A stretch of DNA of 64,000 nt from the human T2T-CHM13v2.0 reference genome, Homo sapiens, in NCBI RefSeq assembly GCF_009914755.1, contig NC_060933.1; one strand, written 5' to 3'. Below are positions 1 through 19,549 of this stretch, one piece after another. The translations under genes and the position numbers were made by a program. The notes under the pieces are model-generated. The model worked only from the letters and a program-made list of their open reading frames with translations. It did no database searches and was not told the DNA's origin. The stretch's first letter is position 1. Each line of letters begins with the position of its first letter.

Positions 1-233
<233 letters not shown>

Positions 234-1068
234 CTACTTATGAGTCAAGCACCAGGGATACAAAGTCAAAACCCACTCTCCACCCTTGGGTCACTCTGTT
301 TAATGGAAGAGATGGGTAATGGCAACAACACCAGAGAGAAGCAGCCTGGGACTGGGGGAGCTCAGGGAAGGCATGGGAGGTGAGGCCTGAAGGGGGTTTT
401 GAAGAATGGGCGGGTGGTGGCCTGACATGGCCATGGGGGAGTAGGGTGGTGGTAGAAAGAATGGTGGAAGCTGTGCACATTCTAGATATTTTAGGAGATT
501 GGTGACTGGATGTGAGACATGGGGGAGAGGGAAGTATGAAGGACATGACCTTGACTTCTGGCTTGAGCAACTGAGGAGAAGGGGACCCCTGACTGAGCCA
601 AGAGCACAGGAGGAGTGGACTTGCAGGGGGCGGAGGAGGCTGTTTCCATCTAGGAGCTGAGTTGCCTGTGAGACACCAGTGGGTCTCTAGAAACAGGATC
701 TAAAGCCCTGGAGAGCGATGTAGGCTAGAGGCAATGATGTCAACAGAGTGGCACTATTCATTCTCTCCGTCCAAGTGTACAACAGGCAAATATCCCTGCT
801 TGCGTGGAGCTGACAGCAATGAAATGTAATAAGTAAGTACATTTGTATAAGCGAAGGTACCAGCTCCTACGGAAAAAAACAGAGCAAGGAGAGGGGAATT
901 GGGAGTGCAGGGGCTGGAGATGGGGTGTGATTTCAAATAGGGCAGCCAGAGTAATCCTTGTTGAGAAGGTGGCCTTGGAGCAAAGCCATGAAGGAGACGA
1001 GAGTGGGCTGTATGTTAGCTGCAGAAAGCCTCTCAGGTGGAGGGAGACTAGTCACCAGAGGACTCTCA

Positions 1069-1488
<420 letters not shown>

Positions 1489-1839
1489 CTAACAAGGCTG
1501 GGCCTTGGCCATTGCAAGGACTGGCTCTTGTTCACCCCAAAGACAGCTGAGCCTGAGAGGGTGAGAGGTGCTGAGTGCAGTTGAGTTGAAGGCCACCTGC
1601 ATGCCTTGACCCTCATCCAAGTATTTCTGAGCCTCCCCTCACCCCAGGACCCAGCCCAGGCAACAGGTGGAAGATGCTCTTCTTCTGGGACCTCAGAGGC
1701 GAGTGGGTGGGTGGGGAGGAGGAGGTCGAGTGGGGACAGCTGCCCCAAGGGAGAGGCTGAGGATGGAACAGGGAGGGCACTGAAGTGGGCTGGGTGAAGG
1801 ACAGGGGGCTGGAGGGTGAGAAGAGGGTGGGGTACTTAC

Positions 1840-1865
1840 CGCCTGTGCCCGGATGCTTGAACCAT
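1840..1865 (-). CDS. AQP7: AQP7 first coding segment (exon 2 = 1840-1890); the CDS continues off the left edge of the window
   Basis: Minus strand reads ...ctcctcag|catctacaaatctgaaagacaaaac ATG GTT CAA GCA TCC GGG CAC AGG CG|gtaagt = MVQASGHRR, the N-terminus of human aquaporin-7. AG acceptor at 1891-1892, GT donor at 1838-1839, strong Kozak (aacATGG). Linkage to AQP3 and NOL6 argues against an AQP7 pseudogene copy. Confidence 0.95.
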
Positions 1866-2975
1866 GTTTTGTCTTTCAGATTTGTAGATGCTGAGGAGCC
1901 AAAGAGAGGTCACTAGGGCTGGAGGACACAGAACTTGGCCCCACACTTCCATCAGACCTTGGTCCCCAGGGGAGAAGCCCTGGGGCAGCTCCTGCTAGTG
2001 CCACTCCCTTAACCCAGCCAAGGAACAGGGAGGGAGGAGCGGTGCTCAGCCAATGAGGCGACGCCCTGGAGCCCCACCCCACCCATGCTGGCCCCAGGAC
2101 CCCAGCCCCAGGCCAGACCCTCCAGTGCTCCTGCTGACCTTCCGTGTCTGCAGCCCGGCTTTGGACTGTGGAGATGCCCTCAGCCTCTACTCAGTGGCTC
2201 CAGCCTCATATTTGCGTGCTATACCTTTAACCTCAAGTCCTCTTGCTGCTAACTTAAGCTGCGACTGTCCAGGACCTGCACACACACACACATGCACGCA
2301 TGCACACACACACACACAGAAGGTGAACACACAGGATGAGGCCCTGAAAACTCATTTCACCCGTGTACCTCACCCAAAAATTCCCCTTTGTACTCCTATC
2401 TTTATCTCTAACTGACAGCATGAAGGTAGCCCGAAGTCCCCTCACCCTGTCTGTCCTCCTGATTCTCTAGCCCAGTTCCCTCTAGCTCCAGCACAGACTC
2501 TTATCTCCAGCCCTGACTGCCGAAACCCTCCAGCCCCAGCTCCAGCCCCTCAGGAGGGGACTGCGTGGGAGGAATGACTCCAGCAAGCCGGCAGCTGACC
2601 CGTCTCCTGCCTGCACGCCTCCCGCTGTGGTCCACTGCCGGTGGTCTTCAGCTCTCTCCTCGTCCCACCCCCATGGTCTGCTGACAGCCCAGCTCAGTGC
2701 ATCCCTGCCATCTCTGCTCTACCGCTGGTCCTCCCAACAACCAACTTACAGGTAAGGAAACTGAGGCCCAGAGAGAGGGTGTATGTGCCTGTGTCACACA
2801 GCAACACAGGACTGCACCATAACAAGAAAGCCGGGACTTCCACTCCCAGACGGGGCTCCTTCCCCAAACAATCCCTCAGTCACCTCCTCCCTGTATGGTA
2901 CCCAGGGAATGGCCCTTCCAGATCTGGGCGCTGAGGAGGCTGCCCCATCCCCACCCTGCCTGGAGCCCCACTCAC

Positions 2976-3122
2976 TCTGCTGAAATGTCTCTGATTCTCA
3001 GCCTCCGCCTTGGGGGCTTCTCAGTTACAGCGCATCTTGATCTTGTTCCTCCGTGACTGTCCCTGGCTCAGCTTCCACCCCCAGCTGGGGCTCAGCTATC
3101 CCTGTGTCCCCAGTCCAGAGCC
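2976..3122 (-). other. AQP7: AQP7 non-coding exon 1 (5' UTR); TSS approximate
   Basis: Donor cagcaga|gtgagt at 2970-2975. The spliced join ...catttcagcaga+catctacaaatc... matches the AQP7 mRNA leader as I recall it. The 5' end is placed at ggctctggactgggg (3122). Confidence 0.85.
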
Positions 3123-3171
3123 TGCCTCTCAGCTCTCCCAGGGCGGCCTCGAGCGCTGCTCCTGCTCCTCC

Positions 3172-3184
3172 AGGGGAGAGGTCA
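3172..3184 (+). promoter_or_regulatory. DR1 / PPAR response element of the AQP7 promoter
   Basis: AGGGGA-G-AGGTCA direct repeat with a 1-nt spacer, about -50 to -62 from the TSS. AQP7 is an established PPARgamma target with a proximal PPRE. Confidence 0.8.
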
Positions 3185-3657
3185 GTAAGGCAGGGGTTTG
3201 GCTGGTGCCACTTGAACCAAGTCCAGATGCACTGCCCAAAATAACATCCCTCGTCCGGCCAGCAGTGCCGTGGAGACCGAGTTCTGAAGCAGGCCTTTGT
3301 GAGGTCAGAGGTGGAGCTCTGGGTGGGCACTCTGGGCCTCTCAGTCCCAGAGGAAAGGCCTGTCCTCCAAGCCAATGTGCAGCCTGACTCTGGGGCCAGC
3401 GCCTGAGGAAGCCCTCCCTGAGCCCCAGCCCTGGGGAAGGCTGAAGAGGCCTCTGAGCCCCCAGCGCTGGGGAGAGCTGTGCAGAATAGGACTGGAGGTG
3501 GAAGTGTTGGAGATTAACAGCCAGGTGGAGGGGACGGGGGAGGCCCTGGGTCAGTCCTCAGGGAACCCCCATTGTGAAGGGGGAAAGGGAAACTCAGGCC
3601 CAGTCCTCAGGGGCCCCCAGTCTGAGAGGAAGGAGGACACACGAGCCATATTTGCAG

Positions 3658-3751
3658 AGAAACACCAGCCTGCGAGAGGAGGTAGAAGCCCAGGCCTGGC
3701 CCTCCGAGGGCCCCTAGTCTGAGGAGCAGTCCACCTGTCCTCGGGAAAACA
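3658..3751 (-). promoter_or_regulatory. Two insulin-response-element-like (forkhead-type) motifs upstream of AQP7
   Basis: TGTTTCT at 3658-3664 and TGTTTTC at 3745-3751 on the gene strand (-542/-536 and -629/-623 if TSS = 3122). AQP7 repression by insulin is established, but the motifs are short. Confidence 0.5.
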
Positions 3752-4333
3752 CCTCCCTTAGGAAAGGCCAGCAAGGCCCCCGTAAAGGACCCAGAGCTGG
3801 ATCGGGACATCGGGCTCGGGGCTCAGCGGTGTGGGAGCTCCGGGACCGAGGTGCAGTCAGGAGAGACCCTGGGGGCCAGCAGCAGTCCCAGAGGACTTTT
3901 GGAGCCAAGGCCTGACTGGGTCTCAAACAATGGGGCAGGCAGTTTGGGGTTTCAGCAGGTGGCCCAGTGCTGAGACACAAGGGAGGTGTTTCTGGTCTGC
4001 AGACACTGAGGACGCTTGCTATGTGGCGTGGTGGACGGTGGGTAAGTCCTGGGAACTTCCGGCACCAGGCTCCATGGGTGGGAAGGGGCATAAGATTCAG
4101 TTGTCCAAAGCTCAGGTCTGGGAATGGAACTGTCCTGTAGAGGGTGCCAAAGACCAGGTCTGGAACCTGCATAGCCCCAGTCCCCACCCCTGCACACACC
4201 CTCCCACCCCTTCCAGCTTTTTCTGCAGATCTTTCTGCAGGGGTGAGGCAGGGAGAGGAAGGGGTCGGCCACAGTCCCGGGGCTTCCTAGTCAGAAGCCC
4301 TCTGTAAGGCACTAACTTCCCTCTGCAGATTCT

Positions 4334-4622
4334 TTTTTTTTTGAGACGGAGTCCCGCTCCGCCCAGGCTGGAGTGCAGTGGCACAGTCTTGTCTCACCAC
4401 AATCTCTGCCTCCCAGTTCAAGTGATTCTCCTGCCTCAGCCTCCCAAGTAGCTGGGATTACAGGCATGCACCACCAAGCCCAGCTAGTTTTTTTGGATTT
4501 TTAGTAAAGACGGGGTGTCACCATGTTGGTCAGGCTGGTCTCGAACTCCTGACCTCAGGTAATGCACCCGCCTCGGCCTCCCAAAGTGCTGGGATTATAG
4601 GTGTGAGCCACTGCGCCCGGCC
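4334..4622 (-). mobile_element. Alu upstream of the AQP7 promoter
   Basis: Antisense dimer flanked by the TSD tccctctgcagattct. Confidence 0.95.
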
Positions 4623-5880
4623 TCCCTCTGCAGATTCTACGTGGGCTCAAGATTCAGCCTTTCTTCCTCAGGAAGGGAGGGGTGCACGCTTGGAAATGGG
4701 AGAGTCCTGCCTTTTTTCCTTTCCCATGTGTGCTCCCAGGGCCGGGATGAGGTCATGTTAGAAGTGGATCTGGGGTCTTGGATGAGGTCAGCACTTGGGC
4801 AGAGTTGGAATGGGCTGGTGTCAGGTTGGTGAGGGAGGGAATTGGGATCCATGCTGGGGTCAGAGATCAGGCTCTAAGCTCTTTTACAGGGCTTGACCCT
4901 GGGGACTGAGAGGTGGAGAAGACACAGTCCCATCTGTCTCACGGCAGAGACAGGTAAGCAGCAGGTGACTTAGGACACACCAGATAGGCTGGAAGGAATA
5001 CAGACGGGGCTATCCCAAGCTGGAGGGGTACAAGGGTCTTCCGTTAGAGGTGACGTGGGAACTGAGTTTTCCAAAACGAGCAGGGGGATGGGGCACCGGG
5101 GCATTTGAAGCTTGATGGGATTGTGAGAAAACCTGGGAACTGCGAGTGACTTGCAGAGGGCTGCGGAAGTGGGCAGGGATAGACCATGAAGGGCTTTGTC
5201 AGCCAGGCCAAGGAGTTCTGACTTTAACCCGAGGGCCTGAGGAGCCTGCAAAGGGTTCTAAACAAAGAGAAGAGCAACAGGGTCAACCTGAGGTCCCTGA
5301 GGCCCCAGGGCATCCAGCAGGCAGAGGCGCAGTTGGGCCTGGGCTGGGGAGAGGAGTCTAGCTGGAGAAAGAGAAGAGGAGATATCAGCCCCTGGACATT
5401 CAGCACTAGAGTTGCTGGGGCTGCCCAAGAAGCACAGGGAGTGAGGCAAGGGCCAGGGCCAGGATTCTGGGGAAGAAGGATGACGAAGAAGGAGTGGGTG
5501 TGGAAGGAGCTGGAAACCCAGACACAGGGCTGCCCAGAGGCTGATGGGAGCCAGTAGGGGGCTGTTGCCCCAGAGTTGGGTGCTGGGAGGGGCTGGCCAG
5601 GCAGGTGTTTGCAGACAGCTGCCTGGATGAGCTGGTGGGGATAGAGGGTGGCAACAGCACTGAAGAAGCAGAGGCTGAGGAGGCAGAAAGTTCAACTGCA
5701 GAGAGAAGAGAGGCAGCTAAAGGGGCCACCAAGGTGGGAGTTTGGGTCAGAGCTGTGAAGCATGTTAGTCTGCACAGAGCCTGCGGCGGGGGGTCTCTGG
5801 GTCTCTGAGCCAGTGGAGATAGTTGGGGGGCAGAGAGGGAGGGGACACCCGGGGTCCTTTCTTCATAGGATGGGCTTGAG

Positions 5881-5955
5881 TAGAGTTACCAGATAAAATA
5901 TAAGATGCCCAGTTAAATTTAAATTTCAAAGAAACAATATTTGCCACAACCTTAT
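5881..5955. mobile_element. MER53-like DNA transposon fragment (one arm)
   Basis: agagttaccagataaaatataagatgcccagttaaatttaaatttc resembles the MER53 terminal repeat. Confidence 0.65.
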
Positions 5956-6018
5956 ACCTGGTATACCTTTGGTCTAAACTCAGGCCCTCTTGATGCTTAA
6001 ACTGTGACTGTCCAGGAC

Positions 6019-6720
<702 letters not shown>

Positions 6721-9104
6721 TAAAATACTTTTTTCATTCAAACATTTGTTAAGAATATCTTTCTATGACAGTAGGTCCATGTCCACCTCATGCCTGTTGT
6801 ACAGCATTCCACCTGATGGAGATTATATAATAAGGAATCCTTCTATTGATGAGCGTTTAGATTGTCTCCAATTTTAAATGGACCCAACACTTCTCTATTG
6901 TGAACAACATGGGATAAACACAATTGGCTGAAACTCAATTAAGGATGAAAATGCAAATCGAAATTTTAAAATATCAGAATGAAGAAACAAAAATGACTAA
7001 AGGTGCTAAAAACTGTCCCCGAATGTCCCCCAAAGTGTTGACACACGCACAAAAACTAAACATTTTGATTAATTATTTGTTTCAATCAACATGCCATTGG
7101 ATTAACTTATCACAAAAACTGCTTTTCATCACGCTGCTTTACACTTGTGGTTTTTCCGACTCTTTCGAGCCACGGAATCCTTTGCATAACTCAGGAGCCC
7201 ATGGTATAAACAAGCAAGGAAGGAGCCACTCTGGTTCCAGGCGCAGGGGTGGGGGTAGGAGGGCAGGGCAGGTCCCTCAAGGAGCCCTGGTCTCTCTCGA
7301 ATCATCTGAAGCCATGAAGGTTCTCAGAATGCCCCAAAAAGAAAAGACACTTAAGCCCCACCCAAGTAAGCATCTCCTTCCAAACTCATTTTTCAGGTAG
7401 GAAAACAGATTCAGAGCAAGGTAACAACTTGCCCAAGATCACCTAGAACTAGAACATCCAGACCAGGGCTCTGGCTCACCCCAAGGAGACCAGGGTTCCC
7501 CTACTAGGCGGCGAGGCTGGGGAGGGGCAAGGGCAGAGGCAGGACCCAGGAAGGTCTTTAACTCTCACACCCACCAATTACCAGAACTCCCCCTCGCCCC
7601 CCGCCCAGGCTCTCATCCTTCTCAGAATCATCCATGGGCCTTCAGGACAGAGCAGATGGAGACCAAGGCAGACAGGATCAGGCACAGCCACTTGTCCAAG
7701 GGCAAAGATCCCCTGAAGTCGAGAACCCAGAATTCCAACCTAGGCCTACTCCATCCTAAAAGAGCCTATATGGAGCTGCCTAACTTGGCATCTGAAACCA
7801 GGGATTGAGCTCAGACTTGTCACTTTCTAGTATGAGCTGGAGCTATCAGGGAAGGCTTCCTGAAGGAAGAGGGGTCTTATTAACGGAAGCAGCCAGGGAG
7901 ACAACACTGAAGAAATTTGCATGTGTGAGAAGCATTTGTGTCTTTGTATATACCTATATGTGAGCATGTGCCTGTGTGGATGGACAGGTGTGTGTGTGTG
8001 TGTGTGTTGTGTATGTGTGTATGTGCGCACACATGCATCTGCTTATGTGTGTCTGGTCTTGCACGCGGAAGCCTCTCTGTAGTGAGACACACACACACAC
8101 ACACACACTCCCCAAGTTGTGCACACGTGAACATGCGACCATTCTTCCAGGTTAATATTTCCCTGCCTGCGTCAGCACGGTCCCAGTAAGTGAGCAGCTC
8201 CATGCAGGAACGTGCCCTATCTGATCTGGTCAGGGGCTGTGGGTCGGGAACAGGGGGATTAGGGCGGGCAGGGAGCCCATCTCAGTTTCCCCCGGGCAAG
8301 CTGCACTCTCTCCACTCTCCTGCTCAGCCAGAGAAAGGAGGTAGCCCCAGTGTAGTGTGACTGCCCGGTCTCCCCACTCACGCTGGGGACTCCCTGATGG
8401 AACAGCCTCCTTGCTTGCCTCCACATAGGCCAAGGCCAGCCGTTCCCTGAAAGACCCTCCCGACTCCCTCATCTCTGCCCAAATCCTGAGGCCTCTCTAT
8501 GCATAGTTGTCCCCTTAAGGGCAAACAGGGAGCAAAGACCCTAGGAAATGCTCACAATGAGCCCCTCCCTTCAGCAGGAAAGCAGCTTTGAAATGTCCAG
8601 GTGAGCCAGTGGGAAGGTGGGATTCAATTGGCAGCTTTCCAGGAGAACAGTGATTGCAGCAAGGGCCTGTGCAGAGATCTGTGTGGTCAGGGTCTGGGGT
8701 ACCGGCACCCACGGGCATTAAGCTTCAGCCAGGAAGGCTTGGTGGGACATGTGGGCCCCAGGGAGAGTGGCAACTCCCTAGATGCTGGGCCTCTCCCTGG
8801 GTTGATGGAGAACCCTCCCACGCCTGCACTGGTCCCTGGGGTGCAGGCTGGGCCAGGCTGGGCTGGGTGAGCAGACACTGTCTCTTCTGCTTTTGGGACA
8901 GCCCAAGGGCTAGCGTGAGTCAAACCCAGGTGTCCTGGCTCCTAGCCCAGCTAGAGGATGCCCCAGTGCTTCCCTGAACGGGAGGAGAGAGAAGGCTGGA
9001 GCATGGACAGAGGGAGACACTCACCGCTAAGGCTCTTCCCACAGCATAGCCCCTCTGCCTCCACCTCTCTCAGGCTCCATCTCTGGGTGGTCTCCTCTCC
9101 ACCC

Positions 9105-11260
<2,156 letters not shown>

Positions 11261-11594
11261 CATGGCTCTCACATCCTCTTCCCCCACGCAAATGCTGCCA
11301 CCTCCCCAGCCTCCATCTCCAGCCCGGAGCTCAAGAACAAGTGGTCCAGCCTCCTCTCTTGTTATCTCGTATGTGTAACAAGCACATTACCTTCACCTGC
11401 CCCAACCCAACCTCACCTCCCCACAGTCTGCCCCCTTCCCAAGGGCCTAGCCCAAGGAATGCTCCTCCCCACCACATCTCTGAAGCTTTCCCTCCAGGAG
11501 TCACTCAACTACTCCCTCTCTCGTGGCCCCCTCAATCAGCCCCAAATCTAATCTCCAAGAGCCTCTCCACGGGTCTCCCGGTCTGCATCCCCCT

Positions 11595-14578
<2,984 letters not shown>

Positions 14579-15109
14579 CTGGTGTGATTTTATTTAGGTT
14601 CAGTCTTGCATGTGGGCTGGAGCAGCGGGTCCTCTGTGGAGGTGCTGCATGCTTCCTATTTCATCCCATCAGGAGACACGTCATGTCTAGCTGCCCATGC
14701 TCAGTGATGCCAACTGCTCAGTGGCTTCAGGGAGTGACAGCCTGACCCCTCCATTGTCACATTCCCCCCGTCCCCCGCATCAGTACTTCGCCTTCTGCTT
14801 TTATTCTTTGATTTCTGCCTAAACCCATTTCATAATCTTTCCATAGTAAAGCATTTTAAAGGAAAAGCTCCAAGCAGCAATTTCCTAACCCACAGGAAAG
14901 AAAGAGTCTAAAAATGGTAGAGACTCAGGTACCAGGTTAATCGGAGCAGGGAGGAGGCTCAGGATAAGGGACGCATCATGAGAAGGAGGAAGGAGAGACT
15001 GAAGTGGTGGCCGGAAGGAGCAGTGGAAAAACCCAGAGACCTCCTGGCCAGGAGCCTGAGTTTGAGGCTGGTTTGAAGTTTCCCTACTCAGGGCCCCACC
15101 TGGGTGTGA

Positions 15110-15310
15110 GTTGTTTATAGCTCAGGCTTTTTAGACAGACAGACCTGAACTTGAATCCAGCTCAGCTTCTTAATCAGCATTGGGTGACTTAAAGCAAGAA
15201 ATTTAACTGGGCTTCTTCATCTGTAAAATGAAGATATGAATCCTTATCTTGCAGGGTTGTTGGGAGAATGGACTGAGTGGGCAGGGGGCATGGCAAGGGC
15301 CTGGTAGAGT
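15110..15310 (+). mobile_element. MIR fragment
   Basis: cagacagacctgaacttgaatcc...cttcatctgtaaaatgaagat core. Further MIR-like cores lie near 2750, 7400, 16900, 31390, 34400, 36690, 40000, 54165, 60770 and 61540. Confidence 0.7.
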
Positions 15311-18300
15311 AAACTCTCTGGGTGGTGGGTAGGAAGCCCATCTGAGGGAGGGAAACTCTGTACTCCACACCTCCTGTCCTTCTCCTGCCCTAACAGATTC
15401 TTGCCTGATGCCAGGGCCAAACTAGAAGTGCTGGGAGTAGAGTATAATATGCTCATTCTGCAGACAGCAAGAGCAATGCTCAGGGACATCCACCTTCCTC
15501 TTCAGCCGCTCCAATGGTGTGTCTGGTCTCCCAGCCCTTGCCATTGCAGCCTAGTGGCTTAGCTTTCTGGACTTGAACCCTTGGTCACCCCCTCAGTCTA
15601 GGGGCCAGGCTGCCCCAGGCACCCTGCAATTGCCAGCCCAGTTAACAGGCAGCCGACTCACTGAGCGGGTGGGGGATCCAGGCATGACAGGGCCTTGGGC
15701 AGGCTGCCTCCTGGGGACAACTGGCTTGCTGAGCCCGTGACGGGTGGGGCCATTTGATTCCCAGACGATTTCTCCTACACTGGGAACATAGCAGATGCAC
15801 AATAAATGTTGAGAGAATGGAGCTTTCCCCCACTGAGTGGGAGAGAAACAGTTTGTCAGGTGACTCTGCCTGTGGGGGCGTCCTGGGCATCCCCAGGAAT
15901 TCACGGCTCCAAGCCCTTGAGCCCTGGGCGAGGGGGTGCGGGGGAAGCACCTGGGGTGGGGCAGTGAGCCGGGAGCTCCTCCTTTCTCCTGTTCCAGCCT
16001 GTCTACTCCCGCCCTGCACGCCCCTACCCACAACCCTGGCCCCTAGTTGAGCCTCTCACTCCTTTCACAGCAGCTGAGGCAACCCAGCCAAGAGCCTCAG
16101 TGAGATGGGTTTGGGTAAGGTGGAACCTTAACCCCCAGACTCCCAACCTCATCCTGTTTTCAGCACCCATGAGACTGGCTCTAGCACCCCCTGCTGGCAG
16201 CCGAAGCTGACTCCTTTAGCCTGAGTCCACTGGAGGTGTCACCCGTGCGTCCCCAACTCCAGTCCCCTCAAGGGCTCCACCCGGCCCAGCCCACATGCCT
16301 TTGTTGTGGCTTCCAAGTTTTCTTTTCCACGTCACCTGCGCTGCTTGCTCTCTGGTTTTGTTGACTTTAGTGCTGTCTCTGTTTGCTCTGGCTGAGCCAA
16401 CAGCCTCAGGATGAAACTCTGAGCCCAGGAAGTGTGAACCTGAGAGGCAGCAGGCTGGGGGTGGGGACGGAGGCAAATGAGAGACAGGGTAAGATCTGAG
16501 CTGGTTCCCGGGCTCAGGCTGGAGTTCATGGCAGCTCACTCCAGCAGCAGGGTCGGGGCCCATGGGCAGGGATGGGTGGAAGGATTTTTCCAGCCTCACT
16601 GAGAGCAGGTCTTGGCCTGTCACATCACTGTTTTGAAGTTTATTTGGAAGCTCAGCCCCAGAACTCTAATGCCTCACATCTCCAGGAGGTCTGAACCCCT
16701 CTGTGGGGCAGTGCAAGTTCCCTGGAGGCTGCGATCTGATTTCAGCCCCTAGTCCTTCAACCGAGCAACACAGGGGACACCACCATCCCCCATAGGAAGC
16801 CTCCAGGACCGAGCTTTCCTGACTTTCCGTGCGCCTCCATGAGAATCTGTTACCCAGCAGCCTGGCAAGGTGACCCCACAGGGATTATTGCCCCTCTACA
16901 AATTGAGCCCCAGACATGGTAAAGGGACATCTCCAAAGTCACCAAGTGAGAGCTTCCTGGCTCCTAGTCCAGACTCTTTGGCCCTCTTCAAGCATCTCTC
17001 AGATCATGGAGTGTGATGGGAAGGCAGCACCAGGCCCCAGGTGCCGGGGCAGGGGCCAACACACCAAGTTGTGGAGTGTGCATACAGTGCCACACAAACC
17101 AGGGGCATGCGCAACCTGGGGCTGACGTGCTCACCCCACAGCCCCTCAGACCAGACGCAGCCAGGACCCTCACGTCCCTCCTGCCTGCAGAGGGGGTAAG
17201 AGAAAGCAATGACTGAGTGCCCACCTGCCACTCACTGCTCCCAGCCTGCCTGTGTGGCCTGTGGGGTGTAAATGCCGTCTCAGGGTTAGGACAGTGGAAC
17301 CACCCTGGCCTGCAGCCGGGAGCTTAGGGATAAGGTTAGGGAAGCTGCTGCCGTCACCACAGGCTTAGGGTGCCCAGCTCTGCCAGCTGATCCAGCCAAG
17401 TCCTTCTTGGGGAAGATGAGCTGTCATTAGAGAGCCCTTCCCACCTCTCAGACCTCCGCTTCTTATGGCTCGACAGGCTCTGAAGCTGCAATCCTTCTTT
17501 TCAGGAAGACACCTGTCACATGTGCGTGTGCTCTGGGAAGTGCTGTGTGTTCATCCACACTACCTCCGCCCATGCCACATGCCCCCTTCGCACCTGTGGC
17601 ACACAGTCTAGGGGGCTGTGTGCCTGGGGACTCCCTATGTATGCTCAGTCAGACACGGGTACACATCTTGGACCCAGGTGTGTAACACAGCATTGCACCC
17701 ATATAGGTGAACACACAGGTGCTATATTCTGCATCCCCCCTACCCCTTTCAGAGCAAGGACCATTTGAGGGTGAGGGGTGAGTCACCTGCCAACCTGTGG
17801 GACCTGCTGAGCTAGCAGGATGGGAAGCCACAAGCTGACAGCTGTGGCTTCAAGGGACCAACACCCTGCGTGGGGCCCGCCCAACCACCAGCCTCCAGCG
17901 CCCCCAAACCCCTTACCTCCACCCTTATTAAATCCTACCCACACCCTCAGCCAAGACTCATGCCAGAAAGGCACCTCTATTCCTTTACAATATATATCTG
18001 CAGCTGAGCTGTCGCTGCACCTCATGGGCTACTACCAGACCTCTGCTTCTGTACAGATGCCTCAGGGAAAAACCAGGGTGGCAGCAGGACCCATCCCTCT
18101 CCTCTCCTCTGTCCAAACCCTGAGACTCCTAACTATGCCCCCCATGGAACCCCTTCTTGTTGATAATTCATACCTTTTGCGCCTCTTATTGAGCACAGAG
18201 CCCCATTCTAGGCCCAGACGGGCTCTGTCCCCTCCTGCCCTCTCTCACCTCTGTATTCCTGCTCAGAAGTCTGTCCCCAAGTCTGGGAACTCCCTGAGGA

Positions 18301-18538
18301 CAGAGGGGCAGTCTGCAAACATAGACAGAAAACCAGGAAACCCGAGTAGCCCAGGTGAGTTGATCGTCCCCCAGATGAAGGAAGCTGGTTAAAAGCCCTC
18401 CTGGCTCCTCCTGTGCTTTGCCAGCACACCCAATTAGTTACCAAGACAAGTCTTGCTGGGTCTAAAGAATGTCCTCAACTCCTACTCTGTGCCAGACGTA
18501 TCTGTAAATACATGGTCAACTTTGTACATGCGTCACTC

Positions 18539-18657
18539 GGCTGGGCATGGTGGCTCACACCTGTAATCCCAGCAATTTGGGAGGCTGAGGCAGGCAGATC
18601 ACTTGAGGTCAGGAATTTGAGACCAGCCTGGCCAACCTGGTAAAACCCCATCTCTAC
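18539..18657 (+). mobile_element. Alu left monomer, truncated
   Basis: Alu sequence stops abruptly at tctctac with no linker or tail. Confidence 0.85.
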
Positions 18658-19549
18658 CTGGGGTCCCACCATACAAGTGACCTCACCAAGGGACTGTTCT
18701 CCACCCTCTAGCCACTCCCCATCCCTACCGCAGAGCCAGGACCTAGCCTAGCCCAGTATCTGTCTCTGCAATTCCTGGAGACAGTCGCCAGGTAAGGGCA
18801 GCTGGCCTGCTGGAGCCACCTCACCCACCTCTGATCTTTGCCTAGGATCTGCTCCTGCCTGTCTCCTGGTTCTCCAGGGCACACACCCCACCCTGGGGCC
18901 GAGGCTCCACTATCCACCTGTCCAGACTTGCCTTCCATCCTGCGGGCCGACACGCCCAACCCAGCCAGTGCCCTGTGGTAGAATGTCTCACTCAGGTCAG
19001 AGAGTACAGCAGGAAGAGGGGGCTTGAGGGGGCACCTTCCACCCATCCCCATGGCTGACACCCCTTCCGCAACTCGGGAAGGTCCCTGAAGGACCTCAGG
19101 ACCCAGTTCACCAAACTCCTCAAGCTTTATAGGTAGGTGGAGTAAAGCCCTGAGGGCCAGACCAAGGCTTCAGGGTGGATTAGTGGCTGGGACAAGACTA
19201 GATCCTAGGCTAGATCCTACGCAAGGGAAGGCCTCCCATCCCTACACAGGGAGACTTCTTCCCACAGACAGCCTCCAGGGAGGAGACTCAGAGGGCTCCC
19301 CTGAGAGAGTAGGGGTTGCTAGAGGAGTTACAGGGAGTGGGTCCCAGTCCAGGAGGGACAATCTTGCCCTGCAGGGTTTTGGGAGGTTGGATACTTCCCA
19401 GCTCAGTGCTGAGGGAAGGAAAACAGACCAGCTCACCCAGTAATCAGTGTTCCTTACAGGTGGCATACTTAAATGGGGGCGTGGGGGGTGGGTGCTGTCC
19501 TCCCCAGGGGCCGGCAATAGGGGGCGCATCATTGGCAATGAACTTAAAA

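Noticed and set aside
4051-4075. NF-kB-like GGGAACTTCC (4051-4060) and possible position of the known AQP7 -953 promoter variant (4075)
   Set aside because: A single short motif without context, and I cannot confirm the variant's numbering from the sequence.
6924-7400. 158-aa ORF crossing an AT-rich segment
   Set aside because: Non-ATG start, no recognisable domain, and it spans sequence of very different composition. The AT-rich part may be an old transposon remnant, but I could not assign it.
17820-18392. Longest ORF in the track (190 aa, + strand)
   Set aside because: Pro/Ser/Leu-rich, no recognisable family and no supporting splice structure. The length is plausible by chance in GC-rich DNA.
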